This document shows, piece by piece, positions 1-12,643 of a stretch of DNA of 43,322 nt. Location of the stretch: contig JABANN010000281.1 of NCBI GenBank assembly GCA_013115125.1, forward strand, positions 1-43,322, given 5' to 3'. Both the position numbers and the translations under genes were made by a program. Under the pieces are notes generated by a model. It was not told where the DNA came from and did no database searches. It was given only the letters and a program-made list of their open reading frames with translations. This stretch comes from Perkinsus olseni (taxonomy: Eukaryota). The stretch's first letter is position 1; each line of letters starts with the position of its first letter.

Positions 1-73
<73 letters not shown>
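1..73. repeat. (GTA/TAG)n microsatellite, truncated by window start
   Basis: Pure trinucleotide run. It directly follows a minus-strand GTAAG donor (74-78), so it is probably intronic. Confidence 0.97.
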
Positions 74-78
74 CTTAC

Positions 79-1067
79 GTTTGAGTTCGCTGATTGAGAG
101 CCTCTCGAGCACACCTTCGAAGCCTGTCCTCTCGGTCGAGTTCGAGCACCTCAACCTGCTGCCAGCAATCACACTTTACCACCATCCACCCAGCTAGGTT
201 CCGTCACACGCACTGATCAACCTTAGATACTCCTAAAACTCGTGCGTCCTACCCAGTACTCACCTTGAACACATCAAAGTCCATCCCGCCAACCGGAGGG
301 GGCCGTGCTTCTGAATGACCACTATAGTAGTAGTAGCAAAAACACACCACGCGAAGCTCACCTGCAGGAGGGTATTCCGCAAAAGTGGACGTTCGTCGAC
401 GATGATGGCGATGATGATATGCTAGCTGATGATCTCGGACAATCTGAGGGTTCCAAGATCGAAGAACCTGCTCATAGGCGCTGTTCTTTACTATTACCCG
501 CATCCTATCGCCCTCCGAGGCCAGACCGAAATAGGTCATGGCATGGACGAAGTCATTCGGCCAGATATACCCATCATTATCATCATCCATACCTGCAGTG
601 GGGCGCTTAACAGGAAACTCTCTATTCATGTTGGAGGAGACAAAGCGACGTCGGGTGACGATGAGCATCCAACCTCGATGAGAGACCAATACAGAATTTC
701 TTCCCCGAACCACCATGGTTACCATGGCTACCAATACATCTTTTTCAACTGCTGCATCTAGCAAGCATGAACCTACATGCAAACATCAGTTGTAGTCGGC
801 GGTATAAAATATCATCCTCGAGTTTTCTCATCTCGTTCGATCTGATATGTTCCAACAGCATACCTGAATACCACACAACCACCAACTCGGACCTTTCCAA
901 TACCCGTCTATCCGGTTCTACCAAGTGCTCTGGCCATCCTGTAAAGTCGCGTCAGAACCAGTATGCGGACAAGCTGAGAGAACTGCAAGTGCTTGACTGA
1001 GAAGAAAAAGGCAAAGATGAAGAATAAATATAGGATTAAAATGAGATAATATAACGGCACTCATCAT
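79..1067 (-). CDS. Multi-exon EF-hand-containing hypothetical protein, 3'-partial (continues beyond window start)
   Basis: Minus-strand ORF contains an EF-hand-like loop DDDNDGYIWPNDF and a second degenerate GGMDFDVFK segment flanked by GT/AG sites. A hydrophobic Met-initiated segment lies near 1067. The 5' exons are uncertain. Confidence 0.45.
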
Positions 1068-1108
1068 TAGAGATGACCATTATCTACTTCGAGGTGTCCT
1101 TTGCGACT

Positions 1109-1953
1109 TTATCGTATAACTATGGCGTGATCTCTAAGGTGTCTAATATCAGTATTATAATATTGATCAATAACGACCTGAGGGCCCCCTCTCAAACACC
1201 CACCCAAACCGCGACTACAGCTCAACTTCCGGGAATCACGCTGGCCTAGTTTTAACGTGCGGAGGACTACGAAGGCGCATAACGCCCAGTACTTACTCAG
1301 ACCCTTTCGAGTGAGCATGGGGTATCCACGGAAATACACCATTTCCCTGAGAGAAAGATTCTCAGCGACCCTTCGCCTACCACCGACGACGACACGCTCC
1401 TGCACTCACTCAGCAAGCCCAAAGCTGGTGTCGAAGAGCTCCAGGCAGATATCAAAGCCCATGCTCAATGTGGCGATCTGACGATAATAATGATCATCAC
1501 AGTACGATTTTAAGCGGCTTCCCAAGAATCTACTATTTTTTGTACGGTTCAAGCTCATTCTACGGAACGGGCAGGGGAAAGATGATTGATACAAAGATCG
1601 AATATCCTTCGTCAAAGCTACGAGCCGCGCGACATTGAGGGTATTCAAGCCAACAAACCCGCATGTTCTTCAAAAAAGCTAACAACCCGGCATCACTCAC
1701 GGCACAGGGCTCTACCATGCGGGTCAGGCGAGTACATGTGACGAAGAGGGCTCCGTCCTAGCCGCGCAAGTCTGCTTCGAATAGGAATCTTTCGAACACA
1801 CGGGTGAGCACGAGCACCCCGCAGAGAGACTAGCACTGAGCGGGCCGAGGACGAACGTCGCGACAGAAGACACACGATGAGTCGCACGAGGGCGCACCTA
1901 CGAGCACGTATTAACCAGATACGAGATTGAGAAATAATTCCCCATTGATTCAA
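1109..1953 (-). pseudogene. Decayed Penelope-like retroelement reverse transcriptase fragment
   Basis: Ordered degenerate PLE RT motifs across stop-interrupted ORFs: VRLIVC (cf. LRPIVS), LVALTKDIRSLYQS (cf. LVSxDVxSLYTS), DDHYYRQIATLSMG (cf. YYxQxxGLAMG), VYFRGY (cf. YFRYVDD, catalytic DD lost). Matched by eye only. Confidence 0.45.
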
Positions 1954-2657
1954 GCCAATGACGCGAATTACGATGGGAGCTGAATGTGCATAAGTCTGTT
2001 GGTATCTTATGAACTTACAATGTCCAAGAATGCAACCAAAGATATCAGGTACCTTGGCTTCACTATGGCCTTGATGATTATCTCAAACAGAAAAAGTACC
2101 TGTATGGAGAATGATCGTCGGGTAGACGAGACGCCAGATCCCGTGCAAGCCGATCTACGTCCGTATTATCCATCTTAAATCTGACAGCCCGGAGGTCAGC
2201 CTGGAGGTCAAGGTGAAAGACAAGGACGACGATAAGATACGCTTCGAAATTTTGTAATGTAAGTGGCACGCACAAAGACATGAAAAATCGAAAGAAGAAG
2301 TCTCAGTGTTAGCTAAATACGATGCAGATGTCTTTGGGATGGTAACTTTTAGCAACTCCTGAAACCTCATCCTACGTCCGGCGGTTAGCGTTCACGATTC
2401 AATCAGCTTCGGCACACAAACGTCTAACCGTGATAACGATCAAATCAAACGCCCCAGCCAAGGTACGGCCAGAGTGAGCTTACCGCGGCGATGAGGGTCA
2501 TCCATCCGAAGACCTTATCTCCGATGGCAGTACCGTAAAGGATGTTGAGAGGAGGGGCCAGGAGAGCGAAGATCGTCAGAAAATAGTACCTTCAAAATAC
2601 AGAATTAATTTATGCATAGATGGACTAGTTATTAAGTAACTTATTCTGCACGATAAG

Positions 2658-2719
2658 GCTAGTGAATGTTGATATTATAGTATAATATCAACATTCACTA
2701 GCTTAGTATATTATACTAA
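2658..2719. repeat. Two abutting perfect inverted repeats (22-bp arms with 1-nt loop; 8-bp arms with 1-nt loop)
   Basis: GCTAGTGAATGTTGATATTATA-G-TATAATATCAACATTCACTAGC (2658-2702), then TTAGTATA-T-TATACTAA (2703-2719). Confidence 0.95.
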
Positions 2720-4119
2720 AGTTATGGTATGGCTATTTGAAAAAAATCATGCTAAACATGAGCTCAACGAATAGGTAGCGGAGGCGAGTTAAACGACAGC
2801 GACGAGTATGCATCCAAAGGACTTTGAATAGACAAAAAACTAGGTTGAGATTATCACATACATAGTAAACCGCGTGGATACACCATCGCACAAGAAGGCC
2901 TCATGCGAGACTTCCCATTCCCGAGTATCATGCAAAGCATTGCATGGAATCAGTTCGTCTTAAGGCACTCAGTCACTGAGCGACAAGTGTCATTGGCGTG
3001 AAGCTATCCGCGGTGAACCCTCGCCTCTCTATGGACTACTCACAACAAGATCCATAATCGCCCCACGGCAAAACTTCGAATTGCCAGAATAATGAGCAAT
3101 AGTGAAGCTCATTCCCTATTCCGATACCCTAATTGTTCCGATCGGAAACAATGTATACTAAATACAAAATTTTGTATTTATTCCATCAATATTCAATTCT
3201 CCCGACCGGACTGTATCCTGAGGTAGCTGGTTTACCCACTCGCCGGAATCGCCATGCCTACGATACAGCCGCCCGTACTACAGTATTATAAAATACGGGC
3301 TCTTGGTCACCATTTTTAGTTTCTTCCTCATCTTGGTAACCTTCCCTGCAAACCCTCCTTGAGTGCTCCGAGTTCGATCTAGCCTCGCCTTTTCCGACTC
3401 GAAACCGACCTGATCGCCGACGCAGCTGGGCAGTGCTACCGGAAAAAACGAACCGCAAATACTCACTCGGAAGTGAGCACGTTCAACTCACGATGTCAGA
3501 AGCCCAACGGTTAGCATCGGGCTCCCGAGTGAAGGATCGCAAATTTTCTGAGTGCGCTACGACCAAGGGTAGGTAACGCTGGCTCGGCGACTACACCACA
3601 ATGATCGAAAAGCCTCAAGTCACCTCAGAGTCGTGAGTCGACCACCAAGTGTAAGCAGAGAGACGACCATGTCATCAGCACGCGAGGCACTCTTTAATAA
3701 TAATAAGCATGCCTATAGTTCGGGTAGTAACATAGCCTACTATCACTCCATCCATGTATTTCTTTGGGTAATACAGTATCACTAATACTACGATCATACC
3801 TATATTCATGTATGGGGATTTATGTATACATAAGGAATGTGTGCACAATAATACATACCTTATGTATTGTCTCTTCATAACTTATGTATTTATGTATATT
3901 TTATAGTACCATAAAACGCACTAATCTAAACTATGATTACCGCCGTGTAACTATCATATTAGGCTCTATGTACTATCATCGTAGCCTGATATCAGTCTTA
4001 GGAAGCGGTGCTACCCACGTCGTGTTATCACCTTTCACAACTCTGACGGGGCTTCTTGAAACACTAAGACGTGCTCCTCAAAGTATCGAGTAAGACTTCA
4101 TGCTAATTTCACTAGGGCC

Positions 4120-5351
4120 TCATAAAACCTTATTAGATAGGACCGGCGACCTTTTCCTTTCAAGAGCGGTTCTCCAAAAACGACTCCCAAATAAAATGGA
4201 AATTCGCCCGCCGTCAACAGTCTCCCATACTACTCGTTCCCAAACCCTCTCCCTCCTCTGGACCTCATCAAACGCCACGAAGTTTTCGAAGTCCCCACCG
4301 CCTTTGCCACCATCATCGTCACCTTCAGCACAGACGATGACCCTACCGTTCAATACCACACCCTCAACGACTCACCGTTGAAGTTAGCGCTATCTCCAGT
4401 GGCCGTTTTTTGTCTCTCCATACCACCTGCAAGCTCGAGATACACTCTCAAAGAGGCGAGTAGAGCCGCGGATAGAGGTGGAAAGAAGGCCATCACAGTG
4501 GCAATGCGGCGATCAGATCGCTCAATCATTGTTAGGCTCGACCCGTGCAGCAGCAATAATACCATCGATAAGTCCGTCATCATTATAGCGTTCATGCTGA
4601 GCCGAACTGTCGGATTCACTTGATGCTCGAGCCCTCCGTCTACGGAAGAAGTGGCCTGAGGCGAGCGGGCCTGAGGTCTTATTTCGATGTGTTTCATCGT
4701 ACGGTGATTATGCCGTTGTTGTTGCTGCTGCTGTGACGGCTCTATGTCATCGCTCCCCTCGACTGGCAAGCTCGCCTCGGGTAAGCCGTCTGCACGACCA
4801 CGACACGGTATACACGGTATACACGGTATAACAGCACAGACGAGGACAACGACGCACGATGAGATGTAGACAGAAAGAGAGGGAAGCCACAGACGTGAAG
4901 TGTGGGTAGTACCATCTGTTGTGCTAAACATCATGGCCCGGAGCTTCTCCCAGGACGCAGCCACATGGCCGGGGGGTTGGGCGAACGGCGCATGTTGCGG
5001 AGTGCTGCACCGACGAGCTCTCCACCTTAGACCATCCTCAGCACCTGAACGGTGAAGACTGGCCTGATTGACACGAAGCCTGTTATACTGTACCGCTGCA
5101 AAACCATCCTACCGACAACTGCGGGGTTCTCGATAGTCACGTGACAGTCTAACCAGGGCTACTGTGTAACTATCACCCATGAGGACCCGGGTTCGATCCC
5201 CGTACGTAATATTTAGTCGAGGCGTCCCCTTCATGATAGTACTACCAGTTGGCCGCATATTATAAGGCTGAGGTCCCTGTGCGGCTTGCAGAAGGTCTGG
5301 TGAAGACAGAGAAGGAGGTACACTAGGACTGCCCTCTGCAGCAGCGGGCAT
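4120..5351 (-). CDS. Possible multi-exon hypothetical protein
   Basis: Successive minus-strand open frames (5109-5381, 4350-5050, 4120-4359) with low-complexity Q/S/D tracts and plausible splice sites. No recognisable domain. Confidence 0.3.
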
Positions 5352-5865
5352 AGTAGTAGGAACGAATGAAGGCCTGAACACGCGTTGTAATTGACCTCAT
5401 AATTTCGTGGCGCGCGACGTTGGAAAGATTGAAACGTGCACCACAATCTCAGCGGAGCGATGTGTGACGCTGTGCCTTTTGCGCAATTTTTGTATTCTTT
5501 CTTACTACTAGCCTGTGCCCTTTCGGCTCTTCCTCCCCCACAATTTTGAAGTGGATCGCTCATGAATAGCATCTCCGTACGGACGGTATGCTCGGTGGAC
5601 GTTCAAACGTGCCTGTCAGTGGTGCCGGTGGCGTCTGATGTACGGGGATGATGAGCGATTCGGCACTATATGGTATTGCTCTCGATTTGGCACGGACAAA
5701 GTGGGAAAAACCGCGACTAATATAATGTCTAGGCTAAGTCATCTACAGGAGTATCTTAGAGGTCGGCGGCTGCTCAACGTTCGTAAATGTGTACTGTGTG
5801 GTCCGAGGCGTGTGTAGTGGAACTTGTTCTTTTAGTGCTAACAACTCTTCACTCGATTTCTTCGC

Positions 5866-7164
5866 ATGTCTGAGAAGTCAAGTATCTCTACTAAAGTCAG
5901 TGACTTTAGTGTTGACTCCGTGGCAACCGGTGGCCGTCCCGACGGCTCCTCCAACTTTCGTACAGTCATCAACTTCGCCCTCGTCGCTGTTGGCGTTGGT
6001 ATCCTAGCCCTACCCCGTGCCATCGCCCAGGGTGGTTGGGTCCTCGGCAGCATCCTTCTCGCAGTAGCGTGGGGTGTGGCCCAGTACGGAACGTATCTTT
6101 TATATCGATGTATGTACATGAATCCTGAGGGTGGTGAGAGGTTCATGTCCTTCCAGGCCATCGGTAAGGCCTGCTTCGGTCGCCCTGGTGAGATCTTCAC
6201 CGCATTTGTCCAGTATCTCGATCTTCTCCTAGTCTGTTCCTTGCTCGTCATCCTAGTCGGTGACGGCATGTATGAGTTGGTCCCCCAGTTGGATCATATT
6301 TGGTGGTGTGTCATCTTTGTCTGCGTTATGTTGCCCTTGGCGATGCTTCCCTCCATGAAAGAGGTAGCCGTAGTCTCATTTATCGGTATCACAGCAGCCT
6401 TCGTGACCGTTATTGCCGTCATTGGGGCATCCGTCAGGGAGACCTCCGACCCGGTTAGGGTGCACGACCATTTCCTATGGCCCCTGAACGCCAATACTGC
6501 CATTCTTGCTTTCACCAACTTCATGAATGCTTTCGCCGTTACCACTGTTGTCCCAACACTTGTCGACAACATGCAGAAGCCTAAGCAGTTCCCTCGTGTC
6601 TTGGCCGCGGGCTTCCTGGTCATCGTGTCCATCTTTGCCGCTATCGCATACTCTGGTTACGCTGGCTTCGGACACGACCTGCTGGATTACCCCAACATCA
6701 CCTACGCTATTGCCTACGGGCGTCCTCGTGGCGACTGGTTGGTCATCATCGTTCAGGTCGCGATAGAAGTTGTCTGCTTCTCGCATTTCCTGGTGATGTT
6801 CAACCCAGTGTGTGTCGGTGTCGAAGATGCTGTCGAGGCTATTCATGGTGGTAAGGTCCGCTACTGGATCAAAATGATCTCTCGTGCCATACTGATGGTC
6901 ATCTGTTTCGTCATCGCCGTCAGTGTGCCCGGATTCGGCTCCTTGGTCGATCTTATCGGTGCCACCGCCGTTATGTTCCTTCAAATCATATTCCCTGTTG
7001 TATTCTTCCTAGTTCTTGAGAGGAAGCGTGTTAAGCTAGGGTTCAAGCCGTCATATGGCAGTGCTGTGTCCAAGTACGTGCAATACGTTGTAATGGGTAT
7101 ATCCCTAGTACTAGCAGTCATTGGCATGATATTTGGCACGTGGTCTGCCATCTTAAACTGGTAG
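5866..7164 (+). CDS. Amino acid transporter, AAAP/Aa_trans (SLC32/36/38-like) family, intronless, 432 aa
   Basis: Intact ORF with ~10-11 hydrophobic helices, N-terminal VGVGILALPRAIAQGGW motif, the TVVPTLVDNMQKPKQF..GYAGFG segment and C-terminal PGFGSLVDLIGA. Confidence 0.95.
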   Translation: MSEKSSISTKVSDFSVDSVATGGRPDGSSNFRTVINFALVAVGVGILALPRAIAQGGWVLGSILLAVAWGVAQYGTYLLYRCMYMNPEGGERFMSFQAIGKACFGRPGEIFTAFVQYLDLLLVCSLLVILVGDGMYELVPQLDHIWWCVIFVCVMLPLAMLPSMKEVAVVSFIGITAAFVTVIAVIGASVRETSDPVRVHDHFLWPLNANTAILAFTNFMNAFAVTTVVPTLVDNMQKPKQFPRVLAAGFLVIVSIFAAIAYSGYAGFGHDLLDYPNITYAIAYGRPRGDWLVIIVQVAIEVVCFSHFLVMFNPVCVGVEDAVEAIHGGKVRYWIKMISRAILMVICFVIAVSVPGFGSLVDLIGATAVMFLQIIFPVVFFLVLERKRVKLGFKPSYGSAVSKYVQYVVMGISLVLAVIGMIFGTWSAILNW

Positions 7165-10100
7165 ATGAGTATTACCCTGATACCTCTATGATGTATGATC
7201 AGGAGGCTATTGATAGTTTTACGGAAAAGGAGTATCTTCATTATCATCAATAGCCCTGCCTCGGTGTAAGGGTATTATCAAACTTCCTTTGTGACTGGCA
7301 TTGGTCTGGCCAAGTCTGTCTTGGACTACTACTAATGCACGCTGAATTCTGTTATTAACAACCCTTTACAACAGCTGTTCTAGTGGGCTCGTCGTCTCTG
7401 ATGCTGACCGCCCACGTCTTATTATTTTCCCTAACATAAACTTATGTCGTCATCTTAGCGGCTTCACCGTCGCCATCATAGTGACGGTGTCCGCTGATCA
7501 TCAACAGTCAAAAGTCATGTCATACGCGATTGTAGTCTCTTGCTGCTGCTATTGTCAAGTCTTGTGGTGATCTCGTCGTTGATCACCCTCATCCTGTTCT
7601 ATTCCTAAGTTCCTATGGTCGGATCCTTTTCGGCTAGTGTGGACGATGATGACCTCGAGTAGAGATCGTCAGTCTCACGGCCGATTAGGGAAGTTAACAA
7701 CAATCGTTATGGCTTATCATAATTGTACAAGGTCAATCATTCTTCCTACTAACTGAGTTGTGTTGTAGTCAGTGCTGCAGCTGCTGCTCATGTCGGATGG
7801 GGCGACGCTGAGAACTTCGAAGTCTGTTCTCGTCTAGGACGCCAGGGTAAAAAGAAGGAAGTGCATCACCCGTGAATGAGGGAATCTCGAGGTCGATGCG
7901 TGCTTAGGCACGAGACTGTAGAATGGGGGTGATGGTAGATGGTCGGGGCAACACTGCTGCTTTTGCTGATCCTGTTGATGCCTGGTAGTTGTTTGTTGAG
8001 TATTGTATACTACTTGTTATAATAATAATCCTGATTGATATCTAAGCATCATCATGCCCAAGGAAACATCGTCGATGAGTAATGAGAAGCAGATGCTTAC
8101 ACTGATGCTGCAGGAACACCATAGGTAGTCCAGGGGACGGTCTGGGTGGACGGCCATGCGAGGTTCGTGCCTGAAGGTCGCGATTCTGGTACGCAGTGCC
8201 ACCGCGGGTATCAGCTCAATCAGTATCAGCGTTGTTTGTAAGGGATTCTCCGTGGCTTACTAGTACGCCGGCCAGTTGCCGGCGATTGGGGCACCCACCT
8301 CCGGGTGCCCGACTAGTCCACCATCGCACTCGGTTGGCAGAATGGTAGTCGTAGCGACAGCAATATCGGTAGTTGTGGTGGTCATCAGATGGTCAGGCGT
8401 GTTGTTGTGCTGTCAGTAACTCCCTGGGGAAGAAGCCAGGCCCTGAGTCCCACTCGGGGGAGAGTAGCTCGGAGATGGCCCACATGGGAGAAGACACTAG
8501 CGAATCGGGGATGGGCGACAGTGTAATAAACGCAATGCTTCGGAGAGAGCAGCTTCTCGTCTCGTACGCGTACTTTGACACGTGAGGCTTTGGGAACTTC
8601 TCGAGGCAGCGCGGTTTTGCGGACTTTCTCCTGCCTGGGTGATATGTTACCGTTGTTCAATTGCTCTCGTAGTTCCTTCAGCTCTTGCATTATGAGTCCT
8701 AGTGAGGGGAAGGTGGTTGTGTGCTGATAGCTCCCTAAATGGTGCATTTCTTCTCGGAGGTGTGGTCAATACCATCTTTTCCCCGTTTCAGGATGACCAC
8801 GCTTATCCGCCTGGGCTTGGCTACGGGAACTCACCGCGCAAAGAGGGAGCGCTTGATGGTCGCATAAACGAAGATGGTAGGTTGTCGCCCTCGCGATCCT
8901 AGTGCCGCGCAAGTGCCCCGTATCAGATGATAGCGACACTTCTACTACTCTTCACTGGACGGGGGATGTCATGGAATTGGATCCTTCCAATCCTAAGTGT
9001 GTAGTTGATGGCAATACCGTTGTAATAACCTGAAGGGAGGGGGGAGTCAGTACAGGCTTTTGAGGGGTCTCTTTACATGCGGACTGTTATTAAGTTCAGT
9101 GGTAGCTGACTGGTCGTGTCGCGGCTCCACACTCTCCCAGATAGTGCTCGTCCTCGAGGCTGATTTTATGGAATTGTCAATCACTGAAAAGGTCATATAT
9201 CTCAGGTTGAGCACATCATCGAACAGGAAAGGGGCCCTTTCCAGTTGGCATTCCCTTTGGCCGGAGTGAAGATGAGCGGTAAGAGAAGCATTCGGACGCA
9301 ACCCTAAGCGGGCTAAGCCCGAGTTGGTCTAACCACGGGCGTGATGGCTTGTAGATGACACCATAGAGGAGGTGCGTCGTCAAGTCGCTGTCACACATTC
9401 ACATGTTGCAAGTGTGGCAAGGAAGGGGACGGTAGGATGGGAACTTTGGCTAGCCGTGACCAGATCTCTGTGTGTCATTCTGTCTCGTGCCCAGATGCGA
9501 GCCGTGGACTTGGACTGTGCCAGTGCGAGGAAGCCCCACAGGTGAGCAACCACTCGAGTGCGGGTCGTGGTTAGGGACGTGTGATCGACTCCCGGCGAGC
9601 TCTGCCATTCTTAGAGTGTGCGATCAGGATGTGTAGTAGCTCTTTCGGTATGGGTTTACCCGCGCCATCGCCATAGAGAATGAACTCTACATCATGAACT
9701 TCACGGGTGGTCACTGGACCAATAAAGACAGCCTGGATGAATCGCATTGCATGTGCCCCGTCCAATCACGAGTTCAGGTTCGAAGTATTGTCCAACTCCA
9801 GAAGAGTCTACGACCTGGAAGCCTGTGAAGGCGTTGGTAGGTCCTTCGCTCCGCATCACTCATCGGCACTCACCTCCTTTGGTAGACGGGTCTTCCTACA
9901 TAGTCTGCACTGACGGTATGTATGACATAGCGGTCAGCCGCTTCTCCCCGTGCTTGGGAGCGAGACGGGACTCTGGTATAGCCGGATGTGAGCTGTAATC
10001 TGGGGTTGGATACTGGCTGGTGTCAGGCCGTCGTATATGTTGAACCATGAATCGTATCTTAGGTTGAGATATCTTGAATCGTTCGCTCGGCCTTGTCTAC

Positions 10101-11409
10101 GCGATATGCCCAGTTCGGTCGTGTCAGATATATTCACTTGGAGGGAGAGGATCGGTCGGAGATCTCAGAGGTCCACTGGTGTCCCCTGTCGAGTTCCGAG
10201 AAGATCACCGCGGACACCGATGCCCACGACGATGAGGATAACCTGGATCATGTCTTCTTCACAGTGAGCCCTGTTCTCTAGGCGTATCTCCCCCACATCC
10301 CCTCCCGCAGGTCCACGCTGATGGCTCTCTGTGCTTCTGGATCCTCCGTCACGTGAGGGCAGTAGTGGCTGCTGGATCGTAATACAAGAACTACGGGGGA
10401 GTATTCAATAGACTGCGGCCTGTCCTGGATCGCGGAAGCGCTCCCAGGATTGAATGGAAAAGGCGACCCTGAGAGGCGAAACTCACGAGAGACAGCAGTC
10501 TATTCAACAGCCGGGCGGATGCTTTTTTCGCTCGTGAAACTATTCCTCCTTTGCATCCGCAAACTTTCGTCCGTTCCGTCAGCGCGAAAGCTCACGATGA
10601 CGGAATGTAGCTGTGCAGCACACAATCCCGCGATGGCGACCATTCTCGTCGTTGTGACAGCTAGGGTTGGCGCGTCCCGTTTTGGACCTCATCACCGGAG
10701 CATCCCCTGGCATTCCTCAGACATCCACCTGCAGCCAACTGCCCCCAGGGCTTCTCCAGAGTATCTATCGAAGTCGCCAAGTGCGAGGATGTGTGCCTGA
10801 GAGTTTATAAACAGGCGGCACAGCACTACAAGGTGGGCATTTCGCTGATCATAATTACCGAGCGGCTCCCACAATTGCAGCTCTTTTTTTAGGATGCCGC
10901 ATCGGTCGATGGAGATACTCCTCGTAAGACTAGTTCTCCTGCGCGGGTTCGGCGGCTAGGGAATTGCTATTGTGTGCCAGATATCACTCACAGTGCAGCC
11001 GAGGGCAGAGTCACTGCATCGTTATCGAGTGACGGTAGGTCGGACTGAAGCGGCGTTGGGGCATGTAGTAGCCCATGAACACAACTAGTGCTCATGGCAT
11101 GGAGCCGTTCTCTATGGAAATGACTTTAGTGGACTGGGGCCGATTTTCACAAGCAGCCACGAGACGCCCGATCCATTGTTACGGGCTGCCTCGCAGTTGT
11201 CGAGAATATACACCATTCAAGTTTCATAGCGCAAATCGTCAAGCTCGAAAAGAAGTAGCCCAGAAGTGGAATACTTTATCTTGGTGGGGTGTATATTGTT
11301 GGATGCCGCTGCGTATAGCGTGGTTCTCATGTGAAGATACTCATAGATCCTCAGGAAGATATTGCCATATTGCTGATCTTGCAGTACTAGAAGATGCTCT
11401 TGTAGGCAC

Positions 11410-12180
11410 ACGCCTTGCGACAGCCTGCGGTTCTCACGTCCGCTACTTCACGGTCAATCCAACGACATGGGAGGTGCACTTCCTCGCTGAGCACGATATC
11501 AGTAAGCTCGGCCCCACTTCCGTTGTAAGCTACATTCTCTATGTTAGGTTCGGGAGAGGAAGTCCGAGGCCTCAGGTGAGGGCAGGTGTGCTGATGTGTC
11601 GAGGCCAGACGAAAGAGTTCAGGTCTGCTATCATTGGCTGTACAGAGACTCTTCTTATAACGCTTGAGAAGGCGCTGATCATTGCCTTGCAGTTCAAGGG
11701 CGAGATACAAGTTGGGCAGATCGTCCGCTTTACGGGCTCCTCGCCGGTAGTAGGTGGGGGCGGCGCTACTCATGGTATGAACTTCGTTCGTCACCAGCGT
11801 GACCTTGTTGTGTATCTAGCAGTTATTGCTGTTGGTTAGGTATGATAGTATTTCTTCGTCAGGTGGCATTTGTAGGCAGCGTCGATGCTGTGACGATAGA
11901 AGCCCCGGCTGACACCTCCTCAGTGGACACGGAAGAGCTTACCGTGGAAGCACCATCAGAGACACTCACGATCGCTCTGCTCACACAACCATCGACTTTC
12001 AAGTCTTACTGGATGCTCCTGTCGGCTGGCTGCGTCACCTTTCATGAAGTCCAAGGCATCGGTGGGTCCTCCTGACGCGTTGGCGGTTGTGATGGTGGTT
12101 CGGCTCTCAGGCCTGGCTAGTGGCTTTGTGGCTCACAGCAACCCAGACCCATCAGTATACACAGTGGTGACCTGGTCCGT
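11410..12180 (-). pseudogene. Decayed retroelement-type RNase H fragment
   Basis: Minus strand reads TVYTDGSG (first RNase H catalytic motif, ~12140-12165) followed by a stop. Later come SAGASIV and a frameshifted KCTSHVVGLT/EVADV (cf. xSHxGxxGNExAD, ~11435-11485). Many stops and frameshifts. Confidence 0.4.
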
Positions 12181-12643
12181 GGAAGACCCTGAGCAGCCCA
12201 AGTATCAGTATCTTTACAGTAGCCTGGGATCGCGGTGTGTGCTCATCAGCATCATCATTTTCTCCGTGCCAGGTAACGGGGCTGTGCTGGAGTTAGATCG
12301 GGTAGCGGCGACGCTGGAGACGGCGAAGGGAGCGGAGAAGGAGGATGAGCATACAGCGGTAGTTGAGGCTACACCTGCTAAGGACAGGCCTCAAGCCAAT
12401 GGACAGACAAGTAAGAAGTGCTTGGCTCTCTGGCCGACTATTGGGAATTATGATCGATGAATTCGTGTGGCGCTCGTCATTCCGGTTTGCCGCTTCCAGT
12501 GGGGCTCCATTTTTCGGGGTTGGAAGAATTTTTGGGGAACTCTGGTTTTATTGGCTTGCTGATTTGCAGGGTGGGTGAACTATAGCACCGATTTGTTTTT
12601 GTGGCGAAGCGCTTCTGCATCCGCTGGCACGTTTACTACGAAC

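Noticed and set aside
4804-4830. (CACGGTATA)3 tandem repeat
   Set aside because: Short slippage repeat with no further structure.
5838-6984. Antisense ORFs overlapping the amino acid transporter
   Set aside because: Shadow frames of a codon-biased gene; the same applies to the antisense ORFs over sat and other genes.
11075-11839. 254-aa plus-strand ORF
   Set aside because: No motifs; the recognisable RNase H-like remnants are on the opposite strand, so this is probably a shadow ORF.
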